64,000 nucleotides of DNA, taken from positions 1-64,000 of the IMG/VR virus record IMGVR_UViG_3300034283_001962; one strand, written 5' to 3'. This DNA is from a virus. Position 1 is the stretch's first letter; each line of letters opens with the position of its first letter. Below are positions 9,048 to 19,937 of this stretch, piece by piece. The position numbers were made by a program, and so were the translations under genes. Below the pieces are notes generated by a model that saw only the letters and a program-made list of their open reading frames with translations, did no database searches and was not told where the DNA came from.

Positions 9048-11972
9048 TTATCTTCTTCCTCTAGATTGTCTAGGAAAAAATCCATGCCAATCCCAATTAT
9101 TTCGCTGTATTCTTTGTTTATCTAAAGTTTGTTGATTTTTGCTATCTGTTAATGTAGTTATATTTTTAATATTACCTTGAGCATCTTGCATTGTTCTTAC
9201 TGTAGTAGCATCACTTACTTGATTAGTAGTGTTGGTTGGAGTACCCCATCTAAATGCTGGATCTGCACCTTCATAACCAACTCCAACGATTTGACCTTTA
9301 TTATTTCTTTGGTAACGGAAATCATACAAAGCTTCGTTGGTTATAGTCTTAATGTTCTCCAATTCGTTCTGAAGAACTTTACTACTAATAGAACTAAGAG
9401 CTGTAAACAAGTCACGTTTTGTATTACTGCGAGCTTGTTCTTGACGAACCATTTGTTGGTCAGCCAAACCAAGGTTTCTAAACTGAGCATCGTTTCTAAG
9501 TGAAACATTCTTGTTGATAATATCACTTTCGATACCTTGATTTACTCTAAATTCCTCAGCTCCAATTTTAGTATCTGCCATATATTTTTGTGCAGCTAAA
9601 GTTCCTAGTGCTGCAGGATTAGAAGCCAGAGTACTTTGAATAGCATTAAATGAAGCAGTATTCTCATTCCTCATATCTTGATACGATACTTGATATGGAC
9701 TATACATTTCTGGTTCATACTTTTGAACAGGAACAGGTCTTACCCTGTTTGTACCAATAGCAGCCAACTCTGGTGCTATCTGAGTAATCTTTAATTTGTT
9801 TTGATCTGTAGCACTTGACATGTCCTTGTCCATATTGTGGATACTAGGATTGTAAGGAGTAGACTTTGCACCTTTACCAAAATCAGGAGGATTACGACTG
9901 AATGTTCTTTTACTTTGATCTACACCTAGAGCTTTAGTTAACCCTGTGGTTATAGGAGTAGGTGCTTCAGCTACTGGAGCTGCTGATTTCGGAGGATCAA
10001 CTTGTGTAGTGGAACTACTGGTTGATATACCTGCTCTTTTTACGTATTCTCTTAAAGTTTCTTTTTCTCCAGATACAGATGCCATGATAGGATCATCCCA
10101 ACCAATAGTTCTTTTCTCTCCTTTTGCAGTGGTAATAGTAGCTTTTCCTGTTTTTTGTAAGCTGTTTGCAGCTCCCTCTCCTAATCTATGAGCAGCAAGA
10201 ATAAGATTTACATCTCCTCCATATTTAGAATGTAAAGATTCAATATGCTTATTCATCACAAGTTCTTGTATATTTCCCCTGTTGTTTTTAAAAGCATCCT
10301 CAAACTCTTCTTTATTTTTGATACCAAATTGATCTTCAAATTCTTTTTTATTGGTATTATAATACTTTTGTCTGGTATCTTTGATAAATTGATATTTACC
10401 ATAAGCCGTTCCTCCCATTTTAGTAAGAATGTCATATCCTGATTTTCCTTCTGCTTTCCAGATTGCTTGTTTGATATTTACAAGTAGATCGGGATCAATT
10501 TCTCCACCAGCAGCAAATGACATCTTAGCACCAAACTTAGCTTTGATTTGTTTACCTTCACTCATTGCTTTTGGTTCCAATCCATTGACTTGAGCCATCA
10601 TTAACATTTCGTTTTGTAATGCAGATAGTAACTCTTTTGATTGAGCTATCTGTTGTTTTTTCTTTTCAGCTCCTTCTACTTTCATTTTGCCTGAATTAGA
10701 AGCAAGTCTTTCGAACATATCTTGTGGATCAGACTCGTTTATTAGTTTCATTCCCTTATCCATATTTTTTGAGATATTACTTTCCATCTCACCTAAGTTT
10801 TTAGCAACGGTTTTAAACTTCTTTTTAGTACCGGGAACAATCATATTTCCAAATATATTAAGACTACCTTGACTATCAATAGCTGCTGTTTCGTCACCTT
10901 CAACTTCAGCTTTTACTCCTCCAAAATTTATATCAATTCCACCCTCTTCATGAGAAGGCCCATTGAACATAAATGTTCCACCATCTACTTCATTGTCTCC
11001 AATCTTTTTGATTGAACCACCATATTGCATTTTAGTATATTGATTAACATTTTCATCAATAGATGTTTTTTTAACGTTTTTGAATCTACCTGGTTTATTA
11101 TAAATAGAATTTGGTATCCAATCACCATCTTTATTAAAAGAACCTTGCAATTGTTGTTGTTCTGTAATATATGAGTTTATATCTAAATTAGGATTTTGTT
11201 GCAAGAATTGTTGTTTTTTCATTTCTTGTTGAAAATCATAATCTAGTCTTTTTTGTGTAAGAGGATCAACAACCATAGCATCTCTTGCTCTAGTAGCTTC
11301 AATACTTTCAGAACGAGTAGGCCAATTAATATCTTTATAATTTGAAGACATTAACATTGGTTTTTTCTTAGGTTTAGGATCTTCTACAGTCATGCCAAGA
11401 TTAGCTTTCATTTTTCCTCCGTCCTTCATAATAGCTTGAGATCCTCTACCATACATCTTATTATTAAACGTAGTAGTTGGTCTTACAACTTCTTGGCGTT
11501 TTAAACCTTTTTGAGGAATAAGATAATCTGTAATAGCTAACCCTGTTAGTATATTATCACCCCAGTTAGTTTTATTTTTAGCTGATTGATCAGTAGAAGC
11601 TGGGCGATTAAAGCTAGCTTCAGCTTTAGCTCTAGCTGGAGTAGATACCATCATCTCTTTCCCATCCATTATATTAACTGGTTTCTGTTCAAAAGAATCC
11701 ATGATGATATTCTGTCCGCGAAACTGATTATTTATTTGTTCATCAGCATTACGGTTAGTGTACTTATCAGTAATAGTAGGATTTATTTCTTGATATGTTC
11801 CGTACATATTTTTAGCTGCTATATACTCCATAAGAGTAGAGTAGTCTTCTCTTACAGGAGGTACTCCTGGTTCAATAGGACCACCTGCAGCAAATTTCTT
11901 TCCTGTTATACCAAATAACTCATTAATATGTTTAACAAGTATTGGACTTTTCTTTGTTGTTTTCTTAGCCAT
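9048..11972 (-). CDS. Virion cargo protein with a lysozyme-fold/transglycosylase-like domain (974 aa)
   Basis: AIWKAE..G..YD..AYGKYQF...LAAHRLGEG motif; GPSHEEGG motif; repeated xxGG/xxG motifs. Confidence 0.6.
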   Translation of the reverse strand: MAKKTTKKSPILVKHINELFGITGKKFAAGGPIEPGVPPVREDYSTLMEYIAAKNMYGTYQEINPTITDKYTNRNADEQINNQFRGQNIIMDSFEQKPVNIMDGKEMMVSTPARAKAEASFNRPASTDQSAKNKTNWGDNILTGLAITDYLIPQKGLKRQEVVRPTTTFNNKMYGRGSQAIMKDGGKMKANLGMTVEDPKPKKKPMLMSSNYKDINWPTRSESIEATRARDAMVVDPLTQKRLDYDFQQEMKKQQFLQQNPNLDINSYITEQQQLQGSFNKDGDWIPNSIYNKPGRFKNVKKTSIDENVNQYTKMQYGGSIKKIGDNEVDGGTFMFNGPSHEEGGIDINFGGVKAEVEGDETAAIDSQGSLNIFGNMIVPGTKKKFKTVAKNLGEMESNISKNMDKGMKLINESDPQDMFERLASNSGKMKVEGAEKKKQQIAQSKELLSALQNEMLMMAQVNGLEPKAMSEGKQIKAKFGAKMSFAAGGEIDPDLLVNIKQAIWKAEGKSGYDILTKMGGTAYGKYQFIKDTRQKYYNTNKKEFEDQFGIKNKEEFEDAFKNNRGNIQELVMNKHIESLHSKYGGDVNLILAAHRLGEGAANSLQKTGKATITTAKGEKRTIGWDDPIMASVSGEKETLREYVKRAGISTSSSTTQVDPPKSAAPVAEAPTPITTGLTKALGVDQSKRTFSRNPPDFGKGAKSTPYNPSIHNMDKDMSSATDQNKLKITQIAPELAAIGTNRVRPVPVQKYEPEMYSPYQVSYQDMRNENTASFNAIQSTLASNPAALGTLAAQKYMADTKIGAEEFRVNQGIESDIINKNVSLRNDAQFRNLGLADQQMVRQEQARSNTKRDLFTALSSISSKVLQNELENIKTITNEALYDFRYQRNNKGQIVGVGYEGADPAFRWGTPTNTTNQVSDATTVRTMQDAQGNIKNITTLTDSKNQQTLDKQRIQRNNWDWHGFFPRQSRGRR

Positions 11973-14900
11973 TATAATATAGAAGCTTTAGATGAAGTAG
12001 CAATAAATACAGATATGAATTTATGCTCATCATTATTGTTAACAGTATGTCTTACTTTACAATCTTTAGCAATTAAAGGAGACTTATTAAATGATTTAAC
12101 TTGATAAACTATATTTGATTCGTCAATCTGTTTGAAAATCGAATCAGGTTTTACTATATGGAAACTTTTAGTCTTATCTTTAACCATATCAATAATATCA
12201 TTATAGATATATTGACTATCTACTTTACTATATGTAACAGTTCGATCTGTATCTGTAGATTTAGGATAAGTCATATATTGAGATAAACTATTCTTTGGTT
12301 TTTTTACCAATTTTAGAGTAGCACATTGTTGATCATTATATACAACAGATTCATTAAAATATACATCATCTGTTTGTATAAAAGTTTTATCTGGATTGTA
12401 TTTCAGTACTTTAGTATAATCTGAAATATGAGTTAATAACTCATCTTGGATATTAAAAGATAATGGATACTCAATAACGTATGGAGACTTTTGACCATAA
12501 AAGTTACCAAATTTGGTATTCTCAACATTATGTTCCCATACACTATTTCCTTCAGAAGTATAAAAAGTATTTACGTTTCCGATGTAGAGAATGGGCTTAT
12601 AACTATGAAAAGATGTCCAATTTTGTATGTCAAAAGAGAAAGACACAGTAAAAGTGTGATCTTCAAAATAGTCTGTGTTTTTAAGGGAAACTTCTTTACC
12701 ATTTTTGTAAAATTTATTGTTAATATATTGAACTTCTTTATCAAGAAGTTTATAATCTAACTTAGTAATAATTACTCTATTATATCTTGAGTCATATATT
12801 CCATGTAAACCAATACCTTTAAAATGGTTATCTATATTAACTTCAGGAAAGTCTTCTTTAATCTTAAACGTAAGATTATCTATAAAAAATTGTGAAGCAG
12901 TATCTTTAGTAATATCTATTGCTTTTTGACCATTTAATAAAAATATCTGACCTCTTTTAGAATCTACTGTAATGTGACCATACTCTGTTTTTAATAAAAA
13001 CTTATGTTGTGCACCTACATAACCAAAATCTGTTTCGGCAAAATCTAAAGGAGGTACATCTCTATCAAAAATAGATTGACCTAAAAACACTTGACCAGCT
13101 GATGTAGCAGTAGTTAACAATGCATTATACATCATTGATTTATTCTCAAATCTTACAAGAACTACTTTGTTTTCAATACCATCTATAGATGTAAGTCTAC
13201 CATAATTTAATGGAAAATTAAATACTGCAGATGGTCTATATATTAACCAGTTATTTTGTCCTTCCCCTTGTCTTTCAGAAAATATTGCACGATTAGGATA
13301 ATACTGTACACAATTATCGTCAGCATAATTTTCTGGTAGATATGAAAAGAAGTTTTCTTTATTTTGTTTAGAGAATGTTTTATTATACGTATAAGTGTTA
13401 TCATTAATAATAGATACTGTTTTTTCTTGTAACCAATCATTAGGAATATCAGAACTTACTCTTGGAAAGAAATCTCCTTCACGATCATTATAAGCTTGTC
13501 TTGCATCAACATTTATTTCAGACTCACAATAAAAATATTGAATACCATAAGCAAATAAGTAAAACTTACCATTTTGATAAAAAAATGGATTAGTTGGACA
13601 ACTAAAGTTATTAGCTCTTATACCTAAAACTTCTCTTAATTTATTAATAAAACCTTGTCCTTGATCATCTTGTTGTCCGACTACTACATCAGTACTCATC
13701 CAGAACGTAGGATATGCAACATTACCAAGTAAGTCATAAAAAACATCTGATTCATTAGGAAATCCTACTCTATTATCAATAAAAAAAGGAAGTTTTGATT
13801 TATAAGCAAAACGATTAATAAAACAATCACCACCAAATATTACAAGCTCATCATTTAAATTATCTATATTTTGTTGGTAACCTGTATCTATAACTTCTGT
13901 TGAATATAAAGAACCGTATTGACTAGGATTAAACTTTTTTAGTGTTGCATAATAAGTTGAACATACTGCTTGACCATTATATTTACACCCTGTATCATCA
14001 GGTATCCATTTTGTTGTATCTTGAGGAGCACCTATTACTTCATGTACATAAGGAAGAATACCAACTGTTCTAAGATAAACAGAAGACTCTCGTTGATAAT
14101 TATTAATAATATACGTATCTCCAATACCTCTCATTCCTGGTGTTAAGTAAACACCTAGATCAACTCTTCTTTGTTTGTTACCATCAGAAGGTACAGGTAA
14201 ATAACTACTATATTGATTTAAACTATTAAATTGATATGCATAGTTTTTAGTTGGAATTAGTTTTTCAATAATATCTAAAGTCAAAGTAAATCCTGCTACT
14301 GCAGCACCTCCACCATATCCACTAACACCTGTAGATGCAAGACCAAGAGCTACACCAACAGCAATAGCTATAGCATAACTTGCTCCGCTAAGTGTTTTAT
14401 ATCCAGCATGTTCTTTTACTTCAACAAACTCACCTTTAGATATACCATATTCAACTGTTTCTAATTTTAGTACAGAACCTAAATATGGTTGATAAAAAGA
14501 TGTATCAGGTGAATGTAAAGTAAATCTTTTCTTATTATCATCATTTGTAAAAGCATTTAACCTTCTCTCACTATTTACACCACTATCATTTAGAGTTTGC
14601 TGTACTGTAATAAAAGGATCAGGTCTTACATCATTTGCAACATAGTTAGGAAAGAAATAAGTTTCTTCATCTTTTTCATATGTTCCTACATTAGATATAA
14701 GTCCTCTTGCAATAATAGATTTATTATTTGCTCTATTACCTCTTACTATTTTAAATCCAATAATATTATCTTTTTCTTCTTGACTAAGATCTGAATTACG
14801 TATAATTTCCATTACTTGTGAAGCACTTATACGTACACCTAATGGAAAAATAGCACCTTCATTATCATGTATATGACTAATAGAAGAGTCAGGAAAGCGG

Positions 14901-16387
14901 TGATATCTAATAGGTAACCCTGCAAGATCTTCCCAAACATCAGCATCGCAAGGATATAATTCTGTACTTTCATGATAGGCAAATTCACCTGCTTCATATT
15001 TACCAATATAGCAAGGATCATTAACTATTTGTGTTCCTAGTTTATTTATAATTACTTCAATATCTTCAGTTTTAATAGCAGTATTATAAACTTTCCATCT
15101 AGGTTGAGGTTGTCCATCTGTTTCGCATATACCATTAACTGTTTCATCTAATGTATCAGTGTTAGCAATCATTTCGATATCAGATGCTAAAGCAGAACGG
15201 TTTGGTATATGAAATCTGTCTGCTTGATATCCTCCTTTAAGTATTGGTACAAATTCAAATGAGTATACCTCATCTCTAAAATAACCTTTATATTTACCTG
15301 TGTATAAAGGATCTTTATAAGCATCTTTAGGTAATTTAAAAGATTGCCATATAAGTTTTATCTTATTAGCAATTTTTTGATAACTTCTTCTTCTAACAGT
15401 AGTTAAATCACTCCATACAATTATATCAGATATTGTAGTTACATCTCCAGCTTTTTCATAATATGGAAACTTAGCAAATATATCATCTATACTTAAACGT
15501 ATATTTGTTTTACTTGATCCGTTATAAACTATTTCTTCTTGAGAACCTCTTATTAAAAATGTATCAACTAATTCTACTGATGGTATATTATTTACCGTTT
15601 TGATAACAGCAAGATTATAATAATCATATATACCAGAAGTATCAATATTAGAAATAAGTAAGCCGATTGCTTTAGAGGTATTATAGTTATAATCTGGAGT
15701 AATTATATTTGGATCAAATATTGATATCGGATTTGTAACAGAGTAATAACTAGTGTATCCATCACCTAATGCGTTACTATATTGAATAGCAAATTGATAT
15801 GTACCACTAGTAAGTTCTCCTGTATCCTGTATTTCTTTATAAGAAATATCTGGAATTGAAAAATTGGGTTGAATATTTAGTTTATTACAATCTATTTCAG
15901 TAGAAGTCTGCGAATCACAACCTTCAATATTTTCTAAATAAGGAAGGTTTTCCAGATCTAACCATCTTCGTTGATTTCGATTATCTGTCCAATATATTTC
16001 TATACCACAATTAGTAACTTTATGTACTACTTTAAGTATAGGAAAATCACGATGAAAATTTAAACAATTAGCATTTATGATACTAGTGTAAGTACAATTT
16101 ATTACCTTTCCTATTTCTGACTGACCTGTTTCAGGATTGGTTAAAAATAAAATAACTGTATCTCTTTCAAAAATATTATGTTTACCAATAATATAATAAC
16201 CTACTGGAATATCATAACAATGAGTATTAGCTAATTCATTTTGATAGGTAACTTTATTTCCATCAAAGTTAGAAATAACAGCGTTCATAGCATGGGTCAA
16301 CTGACCCTGCTTAACTTGAGAAATCTGGGAATCCAAATTTAATCCTAAGCTAGCTACTGATATCTTTATTTCGTTCTTTTCTGCCAT
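11972..16387 (-). CDS. Tail stabilization/muzzle protein (P22 gp10-like), 1471 aa
   Basis: N-terminal GLNLD..S, C-terminal TVSFSF...WTSFHSY.P motif, size and position as in crAss-like phages. Confidence 0.7.
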   Translation of the reverse strand: MAEKNEIKISVASLGLNLDSQISQVKQGQLTHAMNAVISNFDGNKVTYQNELANTHCYDIPVGYYIIGKHNIFERDTVILFLTNPETGQSEIGKVINCTYTSIINANCLNFHRDFPILKVVHKVTNCGIEIYWTDNRNQRRWLDLENLPYLENIEGCDSQTSTEIDCNKLNIQPNFSIPDISYKEIQDTGELTSGTYQFAIQYSNALGDGYTSYYSVTNPISIFDPNIITPDYNYNTSKAIGLLISNIDTSGIYDYYNLAVIKTVNNIPSVELVDTFLIRGSQEEIVYNGSSKTNIRLSIDDIFAKFPYYEKAGDVTTISDIIVWSDLTTVRRRSYQKIANKIKLIWQSFKLPKDAYKDPLYTGKYKGYFRDEVYSFEFVPILKGGYQADRFHIPNRSALASDIEMIANTDTLDETVNGICETDGQPQPRWKVYNTAIKTEDIEVIINKLGTQIVNDPCYIGKYEAGEFAYHESTELYPCDADVWEDLAGLPIRYHRFPDSSISHIHDNEGAIFPLGVRISASQVMEIIRNSDLSQEEKDNIIGFKIVRGNRANNKSIIARGLISNVGTYEKDEETYFFPNYVANDVRPDPFITVQQTLNDSGVNSERRLNAFTNDDNKKRFTLHSPDTSFYQPYLGSVLKLETVEYGISKGEFVEVKEHAGYKTLSGASYAIAIAVGVALGLASTGVSGYGGGAAVAGFTLTLDIIEKLIPTKNYAYQFNSLNQYSSYLPVPSDGNKQRRVDLGVYLTPGMRGIGDTYIINNYQRESSVYLRTVGILPYVHEVIGAPQDTTKWIPDDTGCKYNGQAVCSTYYATLKKFNPSQYGSLYSTEVIDTGYQQNIDNLNDELVIFGGDCFINRFAYKSKLPFFIDNRVGFPNESDVFYDLLGNVAYPTFWMSTDVVVGQQDDQGQGFINKLREVLGIRANNFSCPTNPFFYQNGKFYLFAYGIQYFYCESEINVDARQAYNDREGDFFPRVSSDIPNDWLQEKTVSIINDNTYTYNKTFSKQNKENFFSYLPENYADDNCVQYYPNRAIFSERQGEGQNNWLIYRPSAVFNFPLNYGRLTSIDGIENKVVLVRFENKSMMYNALLTTATSAGQVFLGQSIFDRDVPPLDFAETDFGYVGAQHKFLLKTEYGHITVDSKRGQIFLLNGQKAIDITKDTASQFFIDNLTFKIKEDFPEVNIDNHFKGIGLHGIYDSRYNRVIITKLDYKLLDKEVQYINNKFYKNGKEVSLKNTDYFEDHTFTVSFSFDIQNWTSFHSYKPILYIGNVNTFYTSEGNSVWEHNVENTKFGNFYGQKSPYVIEYPLSFNIQDELLTHISDYTKVLKYNPDKTFIQTDDVYFNESVVYNDQQCATLKLVKKPKNSLSQYMTYPKSTDTDRTVTYSKVDSQYIYNDIIDMVKDKTKSFHIVKPDSIFKQIDESNIVYQVKSFNKSPLIAKDCKVRHTVNNNDEHKFISVFIATSSKASIL

Positions 16388-17259
16388 TACTTAATATTAT
16401 ACATTGAGAGCCTATTCATATCTCTTTTTATTGCTTTAAACTTCTGGTAAATAGTTTGTTTTTTTGTTTCAATATCAGCCATTACTTTAGACTCATCTGC
16501 AGCTTGTTTATATTCAAGTTTTTTTCTCTCAATCTGATTAAAAGTTTCATCTGTAATCTGATTAGAAAGCATTTCAAATATTTTAAACTTTATATAATTC
16601 TCAATATATTCTTGTACTTCTGTATTATCTGGTATCATTTGATAACCATCATTGTCGTATTCCTCAGAATAATATAACATATATACATCAGCATCACGAA
16701 AGTTAACAATCATTTTATTATCTCTAATATCAAATGTTTCATGAGAATTAGAATAATGATTTAAGCAACTAACAGAACAGTTTTGCTTAACAGAAATATT
16801 ACCTGGTTTTAACAAGGTCATAATCTTTACTGTTTCTACTTCTTCTGAGTTATTAGTCTTATATGTAACTTTTACCTCGTTAGGTAAACATGGATCACAT
16901 GGATCACAACGATTATCTACATTACTATTAAAAGATGTGTAGTAAGGTGTTATATTAGTACTTACTTGTTGATACAGAGAACCTGGAAGCTTTCTTGTCT
17001 GGATTAATCTTGTACAAGTCCAAGCTTCTCTTACAGCATAAAATTCAGGAGGAAGTTTACCTTCAAAATCTTCTATTTTGATAATAGCAGACTTAATTTT
17101 ATACATGGATCTTCCTAACTTTTTTAAACATTTATCTGTCCATTTAGGAAATAATAAATCATCTACAGCTCCAGTATTAAAATATGACTTTAATTCTTCT
17201 TTAACAAGAGCATAAATCTCTTGAGGTGAAATAAAAGTATAATTATAAAAATTACTCAT
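16387..17259 (-). CDS. Tail tubular/ring protein
   Basis: 290 aa; LP.EFY and MIPD motifs; immediately upstream of the stabilization protein. Confidence 0.55.
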   Translation of the reverse strand: MSNFYNYTFISPQEIYALVKEELKSYFNTGAVDDLLFPKWTDKCLKKLGRSMYKIKSAIIKIEDFEGKLPPEFYAVREAWTCTRLIQTRKLPGSLYQQVSTNITPYYTSFNSNVDNRCDPCDPCLPNEVKVTYKTNNSEEVETVKIMTLLKPGNISVKQNCSVSCLNHYSNSHETFDIRDNKMIVNFRDADVYMLYYSEEYDNDGYQMIPDNTEVQEYIENYIKFKIFEMLSNQITDETFNQIERKKLEYKQAADESKVMADIETKKQTIYQKFKAIKRDMNRLSMYNIK

Positions 17260-17756
17260 TAAAATCTATTATTTATAAGTTCGTGATACATTTGTAAATA
17301 TTCTGAATTTGGCTTGTTAAGATATTCTGCTAGCAATCTTGAAGTCTTTCTACATGCTTTAAATACTGTATTACTAGATTGATAAAAGCGAGAAGATCCA
17401 ATATGCCAAAACCATCTACATTTAAACCCATCAGTATGAAAATTCATATGATATACTCTCTTTCCTTCTTCTTTACTTGATTTCCAGTCAATAGGGAGGT
17501 TTATATAAGGTTTACCTTGAGGATCTAGGTAATTTTTATGCCTTTTTATTTTCTTTTTTACTACAGTAAAATAACCTAATCCGTAAGGTAACTTACAAAT
17601 ATCTCCAGATTCAAGTATATATAATCTGAATTCATTAGTATAACCATATACAATATCACTAAACTGTTTATAAGTTAGTTGTGATTCTGGAAACTGTAAT
17701 TTGAACCTATTGTAGGTATCTTTACTTGCTGTTCTGTAATCGTATTTTATTCTCAT
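17259..17756 (-). CDS. IHF/HU-like DNA-binding protein of the crAss tail module
   Basis: LPYGLGYF, IDWK.S, VYH.N.HTDG, FKACR motifs. Confidence 0.6.
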   Translation of the reverse strand: MRIKYDYRTASKDTYNRFKLQFPESQLTYKQFSDIVYGYTNEFRLYILESGDICKLPYGLGYFTVVKKKIKRHKNYLDPQGKPYINLPIDWKSSKEEGKRVYHMNFHTDGFKCRWFWHIGSSRFYQSSNTVFKACRKTSRLLAEYLNKPNSEYLQMYHELINNRF

Positions 17757-18454
17757 ACTTTATTTACCGTGTCATCTTTCTCATCTTGAGTATGATCTAC
17801 AGGTACTCTAAAATATGTATCTAGCAAGGTTTTAATGGTACTAGTAACAATGGTATCTTCTAAATACCCCGGAGCTTTAAACTCTCTGTCTAAAGGATTT
17901 TGACATCTTTCATATTTCTTTAGACCTGGTACGCAATCACATTCAGCTGCGAGTAAATTGTTAGGTACATTTTCTTCAAAGTAGGCTGATAGACTAACTA
18001 GTTTTACATTTGGATCTGATAAATACAGATATTGATTTTGAATCCAATAATAAACATTTTTTGTTTTTAGATTTAACTTTAAAATATTTATTAAACGACT
18101 TGGAGTTACTTCTGTAAGTTTAAATGAAATTTCTGTAGAGAATACTCCTTGTATAAGAAATCCATAATTACCTTCACCTATTTTAGGAAGTTTAATTTTA
18201 CTTTTAGCTATTTTTTTATCAGATATAAAATCACAACATTCTGAAATAGGTACAGTCTCTAATTCCACACAAGGAATAGAGGTAAAAATATTAGAGCTTG
18301 CCCAAAGTTTTCTTCTATCGACTTCACGTTTAATAAAAAAACTAGCTTTAGAATTTAATTCAGAAACAATAACTCTATCTGTAATAAGGTTATCTCCTGA
18401 AATTAATTTATTAAGACTGCGAATTCTAGATACAAGATCTCTATAAGTAGACAT
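17753..18454 (-). CDS. Structural (tail ring-type) protein
   Basis: 233 aa ORF overlapping its neighbour in the tail operon. Confidence 0.45.
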   Translation of the reverse strand: MSTYRDLVSRIRSLNKLISGDNLITDRVIVSELNSKASFFIKREVDRRKLWASSNIFTSIPCVELETVPISECCDFISDKKIAKSKIKLPKIGEGNYGFLIQGVFSTEISFKLTEVTPSRLINILKLNLKTKNVYYWIQNQYLYLSDPNVKLVSLSAYFEENVPNNLLAAECDCVPGLKKYERCQNPLDREFKAPGYLEDTIVTSTIKTLLDTYFRVPVDHTQDEKDDTVNKV

Positions 18455-18455
18455 T

Positions 18456-19754
18456 TTAAACTGCGTTATGATTATAATTGGCTATTTCGCCCTTTTCTTT
18501 ATGATATAAAAATGCTTTGGCTTGTTTTAATGAATGATATCCTTTATCAAAGTGCCATTTATCATCACTTGATATAGAAGGAATTACTTGTACTTGAAAA
18601 GCATGGTCATCTTCTGCACTCCAATATTCCATCTTTTTGTTATGATGAAGGTGTCCAATTTTAGCCCATCTATATTTAGTTGCTGCCCATAATTCTTTTT
18701 CTTGAGATGCAAATAACTTAATCAAATCTCCCCATTTTTCATTATGGCCGTGACAATACATAAATCCATTATCACCGTATTTATAATATTTTCTAGAACG
18801 AGGAGAGTTATTAATTGTTACTCTATTATTATTATGATACCATGCTTCAATTATTTCACCCATCATAAAACAAGCTTGACTATCATGGTTACCTGGAATT
18901 ATTGTAATATCTACAATAGCTATTGTTGAAATAACATCAATTGTTTCTACAAGTATTTTTTTTATTCTTTGTACTAATTTTGCAAACCTGCTATCACTGT
19001 GCATATTAGTTCCTGCAGAAGTAGTATTAGCATCGTTATCAATATGAAATAAATCATTACCAATTGGTAAATGTATACGTCTTACTTTTGTAAGATCTGT
19101 TCTACTTAGTAATTCGTTAATAGATTCTTTAAATCTTTTTTCTGCTATTGAAAGATCATAATTATCTGTTCCTTCTTCTTCCCAAGATAACTTACCAAAA
19201 TGAGGATCAAATACACATAATTCTAGAAGTAAATTATCAATTTCAGCTTGAGGACGATAAATAATATAAGGTCGATCTATTATTTGAGTATTATACTCTT
19301 TTATATTATCAAGAATAATCTTCTTTTGTGCTTCTAGATTATCATCAACTGAATAAGCTTTAAATAAAGCTGAAACTGTCCAAGTATTACTATTGCTAAG
19401 TTTACTCCAGTAACTTGTTAGTTTCCATTTAGTTTTATCAATGTTATGAGCTGCTTCAATTTCCTCTGGACTTTTTGGTTCATTAGTCCATAAAGCTTTG
19501 GTTTCCATTGTTTTACCCTCATTTGAAACTTTTTGTTCTACTAGTTTATAGAATTCTGTAGTAGGGTTTACTTTTTTACTTACCCATGTTTCATTTAATT
19601 CTGAATTTTCTTCTGGTTGATTTCTTAATTCTTTTAATAAATTTTCTATTTCATTTTCACTTATTCCAAGTTTTTCTGCATAGTAAGACTTAGATTGTTT
19701 TCTTCTTAATAATCTTTCTAGCTGTTGTAAAAGAGAGTCTTTATTATCAAACAT
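18456..19754 (-). CDS. Calcineurin-like metallophosphoesterase with N-terminal HTH
   Basis: DPHFG, GNDLFH, PGNHD, HGH, GHLHH motifs. Confidence 0.8.
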   Translation of the reverse strand: MFDNKDSLLQQLERLLRRKQSKSYYAEKLGISENEIENLLKELRNQPEENSELNETWVSKKVNPTTEFYKLVEQKVSNEGKTMETKALWTNEPKSPEEIEAAHNIDKTKWKLTSYWSKLSNSNTWTVSALFKAYSVDDNLEAQKKIILDNIKEYNTQIIDRPYIIYRPQAEIDNLLLELCVFDPHFGKLSWEEEGTDNYDLSIAEKRFKESINELLSRTDLTKVRRIHLPIGNDLFHIDNDANTTSAGTNMHSDSRFAKLVQRIKKILVETIDVISTIAIVDITIIPGNHDSQACFMMGEIIEAWYHNNNRVTINNSPRSRKYYKYGDNGFMYCHGHNEKWGDLIKLFASQEKELWAATKYRWAKIGHLHHNKKMEYWSAEDDHAFQVQVIPSISSDDKWHFDKGYHSLKQAKAFLYHKEKGEIANYNHNAV

Positions 19755-19867
19755 TCTATTGTTTTTTGTTAAAGAAACAGTTTGTAAAAGGTAAAATTAA
19801 TATTTTTTACTAATATTACCAAATTATTTTAACCAAATACATTAGAAAGTTTAATGTAATAGGTTAT

Positions 19868-19902
19868 AAAAAAAACCCCTACTGTAGAAACAGCAGGGGT
19901 TA
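19868..19902 (-). terminator. Intrinsic terminator
   Basis: Minus strand ACCCCTGCTG-TTTCTA-CAGTAGGGG followed by a long T run. Confidence 0.7.
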
Positions 19903-19937
19903 CACAGTGAAAACCAAAAAACACTATGTTTTTAAGT

